Of a stretch of 64,000 nt of DNA, positions 20,566 through 30,353 are shown piece by piece; within the stretch, counting starts at the first letter, position 1, and every line of letters begins with the position of its first letter. The DNA is from an uncultured Hormoscilla sp. Lineage in GTDB: Bacteria > Cyanobacteriota > Cyanobacteriia > Cyanobacteriales > Desertifilaceae. Under the pieces are notes generated by a model that worked only from the letters and a program-made list of their open reading frames with translations, ran no database searches and had not been told where the DNA came from. The translations under genes were made by a program, and so were the position numbers. The stretch spans positions 4,928,001 through 4,992,000 of the forward strand of contig OZ001293.3 of the NCBI GenBank assembly GCA_963921275.4, written 5' to 3'.

Positions 20566-20855
20566 AGGTTATGCTGGGTCTTCAAATATTCCCATTTCGC
20601 TCGCTCTGGGTCAAAGTCAGTCGGAAGCGATGGGGCACTTGCCAGTAAATCTCTGAGTGATTTGATCTGAGATGGGCGTTGTTGTTTAGAGATCTCCGCT
20701 TGCGCTACAGTAGCTGGCATTGGATCATTGGACACTACTGCTACTGGTTGCAAGACGACGATCGCTTCCACCTCTCCGGGGGACATTTTAATCGGTGACC
20801 GAATAATTAAGTAACCGTCACTGTCGATCGTGCCCTTCATTTTATATGCTTGCAT
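20562..20855 (-). CDS. Putative antitoxin partner
   Basis: 97 aa, overlaps the PIN start by 4 nt; ends AKWEYLKTQH. Confidence 0.6.
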   Translation of the reverse strand: MQAYKMKGTIDSDGYLIIRSPIKMSPGEVEAIVVLQPVAVVSNDPMPATVAQAEISKQQRPSQIKSLRDLLASAPSLPTDFDPERAKWEYLKTQHNL

Positions 20856-21685
20856 CTTTCCCCTCCATGTTTTTCTAGTCTAGCATGGTTCTTTGCTTTT
20901 AGGTGCAAAGCTCGATCGAATTTGCTACAATCGTAAATACGGCTTTTGCCTCATCCCAACAACGCGCCCAGTCTCTCTCAGAGAATACAGTGCCATGATC
21001 CAACCCAGACCCCAACCCATAACCTTTAGCGAACCCATTGCGTCCGGGCACAGGGTCGCGCCGGGGCACGGCGGTATTACATTGATAAAATTTGCCGATC
21101 TTGAGTTGATGCCGTCGTGTCTCTCGGGAGATCGATGTCTCCTGGGTAGTGCGAATAGCGCTCCCAGGAGACATCGTAGTCGCACTACCCGAGAGACATC
21201 GCCCCCACATTTCTTTTGCTCACCCATACCATCTGCCGTTTCGAAACCAACTGGTGCAAGACCACACCCGAACTTGAGCAATGTGATACGACTCTTCCGT
21301 TCCCGGGCGGGTGGCGAATTTGTTTGACAGTATATTGTTGAAAAAGATGACATGGCTTTCTTTATTTAATCCGTAACAGCTTTTCAGTTTAGTCCCAATC
21401 TAGTTATACCAGAATTTCTCATTATTGCCAGTCAAGCTTGTCCAAACCTTGTTTCTGGGATATTTGGCTAGTTAACAAAGTTCATGACGGACTCGGCGGC
21501 GATCGCCCCTTAACAACCCAGAAGGCGATCGCCTTTTTCTTATTCCAAAAGTTTCTCGATCGAGACTCCAATTTGTCGAAATGCCAGGGGTATAACTTCT
21601 CCTCTTTTAACAGTCTGTTTTGTCATATATTTACCATTTTGGGATTCTCTAAACACGACCATCTGCTGGGCAGTGTCTCCTGGTC

Positions 21686-21770
21686 GCTCGATGTCTCCGG
21701 AGAGCTCGATGTCTCCGGAGAGCTCGATGTCTTCTGGGAGCTCGATGTCCCCAGCTCGATGTTTCCCGGG
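21686..21770. repeat. 18-bp tandem repeat GCTCGATGTCTCCGGAGA, ~5 degenerate units
   Basis: Directly visible in the sequence. Confidence 0.8.
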
Positions 21771-22082
21771 GCGAGGCGTCTCCTGATCGACTTTTATTAT
21801 ATTATTTGAGAAAAAGATTCTTACAAATGAAAGTCTGTAATCGATAAATTTTCCAAGTAATAAACAGCACTCGATCCCCCCAAACCCCCCTTAAAAAGGG
21901 GGGCTATGAAAGCCTTTCAAGGGTATGTTTTTTAGATTTGGCAACCTTCACAACTACTCGCGCAGGCTGAAACCCTGAATTTTACGTTGTGGAGGGAACT
22001 CTCCGAGAAATCGAGGCTAAATGGCTCGATTAAAAAGTTGTTAGTTGTTAGTTGTCAGTTGTTAGTTGTTAATTTTCAATTC

Positions 22083-23237
22083 TCAATTTTCAGTATCTAA
22101 GCGCTGCCAAGTCAGTTTTCTAGTCGATTCATCTAGATGCCAGCGGAGTAAAGAAGCAGGTAGATCGGGTGCCAAACCCAAAAGCCCGATCGCCCGTCTG
22201 GGTGCTTCTGTGGCCCAGGCGATCGCCTCTGGTACTTTATGAATGCCCCATTTTACCAAATTCTGCACCCCTGCCAACAGGGGCAAAGTCGTCCCCGCCA
22301 GGGTTCCGTCCAACAATCTTGCCGTACCATTTTCCACCTGAATCTGACGCTTATCCCAAGGATACATCCCATCAGGTAATCCCAAAGGTGCCAGAGCATC
22401 GCTAACTAAAAATATCCCCTGGGGGCGAGTGCGTGCCAACAAATCCATCATCGTCGGACAGACATGCCGACCATCAGCAATTAAACCGCATTGTACCCGA
22501 TCGTTAACCAGGGCAGCACCTAACAATCCCGGCTCCCGATGATGTAAACTAGGCATAGCATTAAAAGCATGAGTTACCATTGATGCTCCTCCTGCAAAGG
22601 CCAGATTCGCTTCTGCTGCCGTAGCTTGAGAATGTCCCAGACTCACTTTAATACTCAACTCTCGTAAATAAGGAATTACCTTACCCGTAGCATCTAATTC
22701 TGGTGCCAGAGTCATCACCTTCACCACCCCAGGGTAATCTCCCAGCACCCTCTTGACATTTTCTATTGTTAGTGGTAATAAATATTCAGCTCGATGAGCG
22801 CCGCGTTTGGCGGGATTCAGAAATGGTCCTTCCAGATGAACGCCCAAAATTTGGGCCCCCTGCTGTCCAACGCCCGCGCACTCCGAGAAGATCGAGAGCG
22901 ATCGCTGGATTTTTTCTACCGCCGTCGTCATCAGGGTGGGCAAAAAAGCATCAACACCCTGATGCCAGAGGAATTGACAAATTTCTCCGACCTTGGTAAT
23001 GTGTTCAGAATCGACATCGGTAAAAGCTAAACCCAAGGCACCATTAATCTGTAAATCGACGCCACCCAAAGAAAGCCAATCTCCTGCCATATCTAGCACT
23101 TGGGTAGCCGCAGTATCAGACTTGTTGGTACTCATGGGAGCTATAGATGCGATCGCCCCTCTGCGGATCCGAAGCATCTGTTTAGACTCGTATCCAGGCA
23201 ATAAGGCATTAATAAGATCTATCTGATATTCTTTCAC
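22083..23237 (-). CDS. nagA: N-acetylglucosamine-6-phosphate deacetylase
   Basis: [21 protein letters not shown] and IADGRH motifs. Start uncertain (ORF open to 23297). Confidence 0.9.
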   Translation of the reverse strand: MKEYQIDLINALLPGYESKQMLRIRRGAIASIAPMSTNKSDTAATQVLDMAGDWLSLGGVDLQINGALGLAFTDVDSEHITKVGEICQFLWHQGVDAFLPTLMTTAVEKIQRSLSIFSECAGVGQQGAQILGVHLEGPFLNPAKRGAHRAEYLLPLTIENVKRVLGDYPGVVKVMTLAPELDATGKVIPYLRELSIKVSLGHSQATAAEANLAFAGGASMVTHAFNAMPSLHHREPGLLGAALVNDRVQCGLIADGRHVCPTMMDLLARTRPQGIFLVSDALAPLGLPDGMYPWDKRQIQVENGTARLLDGTLAGTTLPLLAGVQNLVKWGIHKVPEAIAWATEAPRRAIGLLGLAPDLPASLLRWHLDESTRKLTWQRLDTEN

Positions 23238-23284
23238 CTTCTTCCAACCTCCGGGCAGGCAATCCGCCCGCCCTACGTAATAAC

Positions 23285-23806
23285 ATGAATCAACCATTAA
23301 TTGGCATCATCATGGGCAGCGATTCTGACTTGCCCACCATGAAAGAGGCGATCGCAGTCTGCGAAGAATTCGAGATTGAATGCGAAGTCGCGATCGTTTC
23401 CGCCCACCGCACCCCAGAGAGAATGGTAACATATGCTCAGCAGGCGCACAAGCGGGGTTTAAAAGTGATTATTGCCGGTGCCGGTGGAGCGGCCCATCTC
23501 CCCGGGATGGTAGCTTCCCTCACCCCCTTGCCAGTGATCGGCGTTCCCGTACCCACTTGCCATCTGCAAGGGGTGGACTCTCTCTATTCCATCGTGCAGA
23601 TGCCCCGAGGCATCCCCGTGGCCACCGTGGCCATCGGCAATGCCAGAAATGCTGGCTTACTAGCCGTGCAGATTTTAGCAACCGGTCAGCCAGAATCACA
23701 AGAGCGAGTGCAGCAATATCGCCAAACTCTCACCCAGTCAGTGATGGCAAAGCAGGAACGGCTGGAGGATCTAGGATATCAACAATATCTCAGCCAAATG
23801 TCTTAA
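23285..23806 (+). CDS. purE: N5-CAIR mutase
   Basis: [16 protein letters not shown] and [11 protein letters not shown] motifs. Confidence 0.95.
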   Translation: MNQPLIGIIMGSDSDLPTMKEAIAVCEEFEIECEVAIVSAHRTPERMVTYAQQAHKRGLKVIIAGAGGAAHLPGMVASLTPLPVIGVPVPTCHLQGVDSLYSIVQMPRGIPVATVAIGNARNAGLLAVQILATGQPESQERVQQYRQTLTQSVMAKQERLEDLGYQQYLSQMS

Positions 23807-23832
23807 AAAATCCTGTATAAGGTAAAATTAAC

Positions 23833-23862
23833 AATATTCTGTATCTCAATATACAGAATATT
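23833..23862 (+). promoter_or_regulatory. NtcA binding site (GTA-N8-TAC at 23841-23854) inside an extended palindrome upstream of amt
   Basis: AATATTCTGTATCTCAATATACAGAATATT; amt genes are established NtcA targets in cyanobacteria. Confidence 0.75.
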
Positions 23863-24009
23863 CCACAGAGACTTGATGCAATCTATGTATCTTGCTTCTC
23901 GCTCATCTGTGTCATTTGATTATAGATGGCGGTGAGAAGGAAGCTCATACATGTGAGCAATGGAAATTAACAGCTGATATAATTTGCCATTGTCAGTGCT
24001 TTCCTTTTG

Positions 24010-25518
24010 ATGTCTAAACTAATGCCAAAAAACAAATTGAAAAATAGCAAAGTTCGGGAATCTTTGAGCTTTGATGCCAGGAATATCCTAGGAAAAATAG
24101 GAGTGGGAAAATTATCATATAGCTGGCTCGCATGCATTCCCCTAACAGCCCTGATTGTTGGAATCTGGAGTTTGGCAGCTACGGCCCAAGAAACAGCCGA
24201 TCTGTCAGATGTTCAATACGTTCAGGGGGTATTAAACGCCATCTGGATAGTAGTAGCAGCCGTGCTGGTGATCTTCATGAATGCTGGTTTCGGCATGTTA
24301 GAAACGGGCTTCTGTCGCCATAAAAATGCCGTCAACATTCTGGCCAAAAACCTGATCGTATTTGCGATCGCCACGATCGTATTTTGGGCGTTGGGTTTTG
24401 CCTTGATGTTCGGTCAGGGCAGTCCCTTCATGGGATTTAGCGGCTTCTTCTTGCTCAGTGAAGACCCCGCGACCTACGGACTCGATCCCTTTCCCGCAGG
24501 CTTGCCCATATCAGTCTTTTTCCTATTTCAGGTAGCTTTTGCTGCCACCGCAGCCACGATCGTATCTGGGGCAGTAGCCGAACGGATTGAGTTCATCGCC
24601 TTTTTAATCTTCAGCGTCTTGATCGTCGGGATTTCCTACCCGATCACCGGACATTGGGTATGGGGTGGCGGCTGGCTGGGGGAAATGGGCTTCTCCGACT
24701 TTGCTGGCTCTACGGTTGTCCATTCAGTCGGTGGCTGGGCGGCCCTAGTGGGAGCATTCTTGCTCGGGCCACGAGGCGGCAAGTACGATGAAGACGGTAA
24801 ACCTCGGGCCATTCCCGGTCACAACATGAGTATTGCTACCCTGGGCTGCTTGATTCTGTGGATCGGCTGGTTTGGCTTCAACCCAGGTTCGCAATTAGCT
24901 GCCGACGAGACAGTTCCCTTTATTGCGGTAACCACCAACTTAGCTGGAGCTGCAGGGGGCGTGACCGCAACCTTCACCTCTTGGGTCAAAGATGGTAAGC
25001 CCGACTTGTCGATGATAATCAATGGTATCCTGGCAGGCTTAGTGGGTATTACCGCTGGTTGCGATGGTGTTTCTTACTTGGGCGCTGTAATTATTGGTGC
25101 CATTGCGGGGGTCATCGTCGTGTTCTCCGTCGGCTTCTTTGACAAGATCAAAATTGACGACCCGGTGGGGGCAACCTCCGTTCACTTGGTTAATGGTATT
25201 TGGGGAACCCTTGCAGTGGGACTCTTTAATACAGAGTCGGGCTTGTTTTATGGCGGCGGTCCCCAGCAACTGATGAACCAAATCATTGGCATTGTGGCGA
25301 TCGGAGCCTTTACAGTCATTACAAGCTTCATCTTCTGGAAGGCGATCGAAGCAACTGTGGGTATGCGGGTCAGCGAAGAACATGAATTTGAGGGTTTGGA
25401 CATTTCCGAACATGGCATGGAAGCCTACAGTGGGTTCCTCAAGGAGAGTGGTGCTCTAGGGGGCGGTGGCGAAATGGCAGGTAGCCACGGCGATTTCACA
25501 GGTACTCGGCTCCAGTAA
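24010..25518 (+). CDS. amt: Ammonium transporter
   Basis: [21 protein letters not shown] and [10 protein letters not shown] motifs. Confidence 0.95.
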   Translation: MSKLMPKNKLKNSKVRESLSFDARNILGKIGVGKLSYSWLACIPLTALIVGIWSLAATAQETADLSDVQYVQGVLNAIWIVVAAVLVIFMNAGFGMLETGFCRHKNAVNILAKNLIVFAIATIVFWALGFALMFGQGSPFMGFSGFFLLSEDPATYGLDPFPAGLPISVFFLFQVAFAATAATIVSGAVAERIEFIAFLIFSVLIVGISYPITGHWVWGGGWLGEMGFSDFAGSTVVHSVGGWAALVGAFLLGPRGGKYDEDGKPRAIPGHNMSIATLGCLILWIGWFGFNPGSQLAADETVPFIAVTTNLAGAAGGVTATFTSWVKDGKPDLSMIINGILAGLVGITAGCDGVSYLGAVIIGAIAGVIVVFSVGFFDKIKIDDPVGATSVHLVNGIWGTLAVGLFNTESGLFYGGGPQQLMNQIIGIVAIGAFTVITSFIFWKAIEATVGMRVSEEHEFEGLDISEHGMEAYSGFLKESGALGGGGEMAGSHGDFTGTRLQ

Positions 25519-25711
25519 CAATTGTACCAATTGTTAATTGTTCATCTGCCTTGAGCCATTTGAAGGGAAATAGACCTCTAACCCGGTTTTTGTCAAAACC
25601 GGGTTTCTCAATTTAAGCAAATCCTCCCGGTTGAGAGTGCCAGACAGAATATAGAAAGCTATAATGGAATAGTTGCGGCTTAGAAGGGTACGATAATCTA
25701 GGAGATCAATT

Positions 25712-26392
25712 ATGGTAAAATCAGAATCTTCTTTACGTTGGCTTACTAGCGACGAGCTACCAGGCTCGGACGAAACTCCTGTGGATAATGAACTGCAGAA
25801 TTTAGTCCCCAACCTATTGGGGTTAATATTAGGCTCCCTCTGGGGAAACCGCTGGGATTGGTTTTTTGGAGTAGATATGGGGATTTATTTCCGAAGCTCT
25901 TGGGCCAATCCCCGAGTGCCGATTGTCCCGGATGGTTTTCTCAGCTTGGGGGTAGATCGGGTGAAGGGCAATAGATTAAGAAAGAGTTACTTTGTTTGGG
26001 AAGAGAAGGATATTATTCCTACGCTGGTCCTGGAAGTGGTATCGGAAAAATATGGAGGGGAATACCAGGAAAAAATGAACAAATATGCCCGGTTGGGGGT
26101 GCTGTACTATGTGATTTACAATCCGGAGTTTTTCGCCAGACATAAAGAACAACCATTTGAGGTGTATAAGTTAGTAAATAAAACTTATCGACTACAGTTG
26201 GGAGAACTAGTATGGATGCCGGAGATTGGTTTGGGAATCGGTCGCGGCACGGGAACTTGTTGGGGATTGACTCAAGAGTGGCTGTTTTGGTATGACGAGC
26301 AGGAAAATCGGTATCTCACTCCAGAAGAGACGGTCACAGAAATGTCTCAACTGCTAGCTCGCTATCGAGAGCAGTTTGGGGAATTGCCATAA
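25712..26392 (+). CDS. Uma2 family (DUF820) endonuclease-fold protein
   Basis: LPGSDETPVDNELQ, VPDGFLSLG and LEVVS motifs. Confidence 0.85.
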   Translation: MVKSESSLRWLTSDELPGSDETPVDNELQNLVPNLLGLILGSLWGNRWDWFFGVDMGIYFRSSWANPRVPIVPDGFLSLGVDRVKGNRLRKSYFVWEEKDIIPTLVLEVVSEKYGGEYQEKMNKYARLGVLYYVIYNPEFFARHKEQPFEVYKLVNKTYRLQLGELVWMPEIGLGIGRGTGTCWGLTQEWLFWYDEQENRYLTPEETVTEMSQLLARYREQFGELP

Positions 26393-26502
26393 AGATAATA
26401 GGCGCGGTGAGGGGGTGACGGCTCCCTCACCGCTTCAACCGGGCAAGGCGCAATCTCTGAAGATCGCCTATAATAAAAATTAGCAATATTAGCCAATAGC
26501 CA

Positions 26503-27699
26503 ATGGATACTAAAGCATTTACCCGTGCTCTGAAACAGTCAGAAAACTATCATCGTAAGGGATTTGGTCACGCCGAGGAAGTTGCTGGCGTGATGAACTC
26601 CGCTTATCAAAGCAATCTAATTAAGGAAATCCGGACTAATAATTATACCCTGTCTCGCGGCGATGTCACCATCCGCCTGGCGGAGGCATTTGGTTTTTGC
26701 TGGGGTGTGGAACGGGCGGTGGCGATGGCTTACGAAACCCGCCAGCACTTCCCCACGGAACGGATCTGGATCACTAACGAAATTATCCACAATCCCTCAG
26801 TTAACCAGGATCTGCGGGATATGCAGGTTGGGTTTATCCCTCTGTCGAAAGGCAAAAAGAACTTTTCTGTGGTTGACAAGGGTGATGTGGTGATTCTCCC
26901 CGCCTTTGGTGCTAGCGTCCAGGAAATGCAATTTCTGAATGATAAGGGTTGCAAAATTGTCGATACCACCTGTCCCTGGGTGACGAAGGTCTGGAATACG
27001 GTCGAGAAGCACAAGAAAAAGGCTTACACTTCTATAATTCACGGCAAGTATAAACATGAAGAGACTGTTGCTACCAGTTCCTTTGCAGATAAGTACTTGA
27101 TCGTACTGAATATGGCAGAAGCAGAATATGTCTGCGATTATATTCTTAATGGTGGCGACAAGCAAGAGTTCATGGCTAAATTCCATCGCGCCTCTTCGGC
27201 TGGCTTTGACCCCGATCGCGATTTAGAGCAGGTTGGCATTGCTAATCAGACTACCATGCTGAAGACCGAAACGGAGCAAATTGGCAAGCTGTTCGAGCGG
27301 ATGATAATGAAAAAGTACGGTCCGGAACATTTACATCTGCATTTCCAAAGCTTTAATACTATCTGCGATGCGACTCAAGAACGCCAAGATGCTATGTTGC
27401 TGTTGGTAGAAGAACAGTTGGATTTGATGGTGATTATCGGTGGGTTCAATTCTTCTAATACTACTCATCTGCAAGAAATGGCGATCGCCCGTAATATTCC
27501 TTCTTATCACATTGACAGTGTGGAGCGGATTTTACCGGGAAATCGCCTGGAACACAAACCTTTGCACGAGGATTTAGAAGTGAAAGAAAATTGGTTGCCA
27601 GAGGGCCAGATTATCGTCGGGGTCACTTCTGGTGCTTCTACTCCTGATAAAGTTGTCGCTAATGTGGTGGAGAAGATTTTTGCCCTGAAAGCTGCTTGA
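26503..27699 (+). CDS. ispH: 4-hydroxy-3-methylbut-2-enyl diphosphate reductase
   Basis: [26 protein letters not shown] and SGASTPD motifs. Confidence 0.95.
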   Translation: MDTKAFTRALKQSENYHRKGFGHAEEVAGVMNSAYQSNLIKEIRTNNYTLSRGDVTIRLAEAFGFCWGVERAVAMAYETRQHFPTERIWITNEIIHNPSVNQDLRDMQVGFIPLSKGKKNFSVVDKGDVVILPAFGASVQEMQFLNDKGCKIVDTTCPWVTKVWNTVEKHKKKAYTSIIHGKYKHEETVATSSFADKYLIVLNMAEAEYVCDYILNGGDKQEFMAKFHRASSAGFDPDRDLEQVGIANQTTMLKTETEQIGKLFERMIMKKYGPEHLHLHFQSFNTICDATQERQDAMLLLVEEQLDLMVIIGGFNSSNTTHLQEMAIARNIPSYHIDSVERILPGNRLEHKPLHEDLEVKENWLPEGQIIVGVTSGASTPDKVVANVVEKIFALKAA

Positions 27700-27999
27700 A
27701 GAGCGGCGATCGGTAATTATTAAGAAACCCGCTAAGAAACCCGGTTTTTCCCAAAAACCGAGTTTCTGGGCTGCTGATGAATAAGCAAAAAACCAGCTCG
27801 AACATGGTATAGCAATTTTCAATTATTCGTGAAAGTTTAGAAACCCGGTTTCGCAGTTTCTGGGCATCGTTTGCAAATCATTTATGCTTGCTATAGAGTT
27901 TGGTTTCGTTCCGAAACCAAACCTACAGGATGACATTTTTCATGCTCTTTGGTTTATAATAGGATTGTACCCAATATCGATTTGGGCGAGGAGAATAAA

Positions 28000-28905
28000 A
28001 TGAAAACAGACAGTCTGTTACATAACATATTTATCAAGTTACCATCGTTGTTTTTTGAACTGATCGGCCAGCCAGATATTAATCCTCAAGCCTATAAGTT
28101 TGACTCGGTGGAAGTCAAGCAAACAGGTTTTCGCATAGATGGGGTATTTGCCCCGGTGACAGCAGGTTCGGATCTAAAGGTTTATTTGTCTGAATTCCAG
28201 TTTTACTCAGATGAGAAATTTTATCGCCGCTTCTTTGCGGAAATATTTCTGTATTTGCGCCATCATGATGATGTTGAACGCTGGCAGGCAGTTGTTATCT
28301 ATCCCACAATAAAATTAAAGCCACAGGATACATTTGCCTATGAGGTATTGCTCTATAGTTGGCAAGTGCAGCGGATCTATTTAGATGAATTGTTGGCATC
28401 GATACCATCGGATGCGATCGAGGGCTCCCTGGGATTGAAAATGATGGAGTTGATTATAGAAAAGAAAGAAACAGCCATGGCCAGTGCGAAAAAATTGAAG
28501 GATCTGGTTTCCCGGGAAGTGGCATCGGGACAAACCGATCGGCAGATGTTAGAATTGATAGAGACGCTGGTGTCGTACAAATTGGCTACATTCACTAAGG
28601 AGGAGTTAAAAGCAATGATCTATACAGAGACAGAGTTCAAAGAGTCAAAGCTTTATCAAAGCATTAAAGAGGAATGCTTTGAAGAGGCTAAGCTGGAAGG
28701 TAAGCTGGAAGGTAAGCTGGAAGGTAAGCTGGAAGGTAAGCTGGAAGGTAAGCTGGAAGGTAAGCTGGAAGGTAAGCTGGAAGGTAAGCTGGAAGGTAAG
28801 CTGGAAGCTGTCAACGGGTTGCTGGCGCTGGGGTTGAGTGCAGAACAAGTGGCTGGGGTATTTGAACTGACGGTGGAACAAGTTCGGCAAGCGGCCAAAA
28901 GTTAG
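28000..28905 (+). CDS. Rpn/DUF2887 family PD-(D/E)XK protein with KLEG repeat tail
   Basis: MKTD...F.SVEVKQ..FRIDGVF...EFQF...FYRRFFAEIFLYL; RBS GAGGAG upstream. Confidence 0.85.
   Translation: MKTDSLLHNIFIKLPSLFFELIGQPDINPQAYKFDSVEVKQTGFRIDGVFAPVTAGSDLKVYLSEFQFYSDEKFYRRFFAEIFLYLRHHDDVERWQAVVIYPTIKLKPQDTFAYEVLLYSWQVQRIYLDELLASIPSDAIEGSLGLKMMELIIEKKETAMASAKKLKDLVSREVASGQTDRQMLELIETLVSYKLATFTKEELKAMIYTETEFKESKLYQSIKEECFEEAKLEGKLEGKLEGKLEGKLEGKLEGKLEGKLEGKLEGKLEAVNGLLALGLSAEQVAGVFELTVEQVRQAAKS
28690..28807 (+). repeat. 12-bp coding tandem repeat AAGCTGGAAGGT x~10
   Basis: Directly visible in the sequence. Confidence 0.95.
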
Positions 28906-29126
28906 TCTAATTGATCTCGGGCTAAGGCCCTCACGCCCTCGGTTCTCTCTGTGAGGGCATCTCACTTTTGAATGCGTAGGCTGGACTGCCAGCCTACATG
29001 TTATAGTTTTGTTAGTCAAGTAGAAGCACTATCCCTTGTTTCTGGTTCATCTTCACCAGAGATATCAATTTTATGACCAGAGAAACCCGGATCCACAGAC
29101 TCGCTAGGAGAAAATTAAATTCAAAA

Positions 29127-29955
29127 TGATTAGTCTTTTCGCTGGTGTTATCTATCGCCTGTTTTTCAGATTACCATCAGTTTTTTTGAAATCATAGGTC
29201 AGCCAGATGCCAAACAACGAGTAGATCGAGTAGACTCTACAGGAGACTATCTGGATACGCTATTTATCCCGATCGTCAAAGATGAGCAGGGTCTAATGGC
29301 TGATTTTGCCGAAGTCCAGTTTCACATAGACGATCGATTGTTCAATCGCTTCTTTGATTGGATGTTCCGGTATCTGCGCGATCGGGAGGATATCGAACGG
29401 TGGCACGCAGTTATCATCTATCCGACGCGGACCATAGAGACAAAATATAAATTGGCCCATGAGGTATTGCTCTCTAGTCCGCAAGTGCAGCGGATATATT
29501 TGGATGAGTTTTTTGCCTCATCACCATCTTCAGCAATATCGATCGAAGAATCTTTGGCATTGAAAATTTTGGAGTTAATCATAGAAAAAGAAGAAACAGT
29601 CCTTGCCAGTGCTAAGAATTTGATTGGGCGAGTTTCCCTGGAACTCGATGAGGATCTCGCTTGGGAAATGTTAAAATACATTGAGACGGTGGTGTCATGC
29701 AAGTTGAGGCTATTCGTCAAGAAGGATTTAGAGGCAATGCTTTATACAGAGACGGATGTAAAACCTCTTTTAAGTTTTGATGAATTTTTTAAACGGAAAA
29801 GGATTAAACAATGCAAGCAGGAAGCAATTGAAGAGGGCTTGCTGGAATTAGTACCCCGGTTGCTGACCCTGGGGTTGACTGTAGAAAAAGTGGCATGGGT
29901 GTTGAAACTGACGGTGGAACAGGTTCGGCAAGCTGCCCAAAGTCGGTATAATTGA
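29127..29955 (+). pseudogene. Second Rpn/DUF2887 paralog with a decayed 5' part (open frame 29296-29955)
   Basis: EVQF...RFF...YLR and WHAVIIYP motifs; the upstream RLPSVF-like segment is out of frame. Confidence 0.7.
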
Positions 29956-29975
29956 TGCTGGGCCAGAGTGCGATC

Positions 29976-30268
29976 GATCAACCTGACCAGATTCTTCTCC
30001 TCCCAGGGGTGGGAGGACGATCAACCTGACCAGATTCCTCTTCTCCTAGGCTAGGTTGATGATCAACCTGACCAGATTCCTCTCCCTCCTGGGGTGGGAA
30101 GACGATAAACCTGACCAGATTCCTCCCTCCAGGGGTGGGAGGACGATAAACCTGACCATATTCCTCTCACCCTAGGCTAGGTTGATGATCAACCTGACCA
30201 GATCTCTCTCCTTCCTGGGGTGGGAGGACGATAAACCTGAGCAGATTCCTCCCGGGGCTGGGAGGATG
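29976..30268. repeat. Array of 7 units of ~41-43 bp with a conserved core GAT(C/A)AACCTGACCAGATTC and two alternating tail types
   Basis: Directly visible in the sequence. Confidence 0.9.
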
Positions 30269-30353
30269 GCGATCGGGCGGCATCCCATCTGGGCAAGGCT
30301 ACTGGCGATCGGTAACAAAATTCCACAGGGCATTAATGCTACTGCCGTTTAAT

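Noticed and set aside
20893..21353. Overlapping 100-144 aa ORFs as a small peptide system
   Set aside because: No recognisable motifs, conflicting frames and embedded short repeats; cannot be supported.
29976..30268. CRISPR array
   Set aside because: Spacer-like parts are short and recur as two types rather than being unique, and there are no cas genes in the window.
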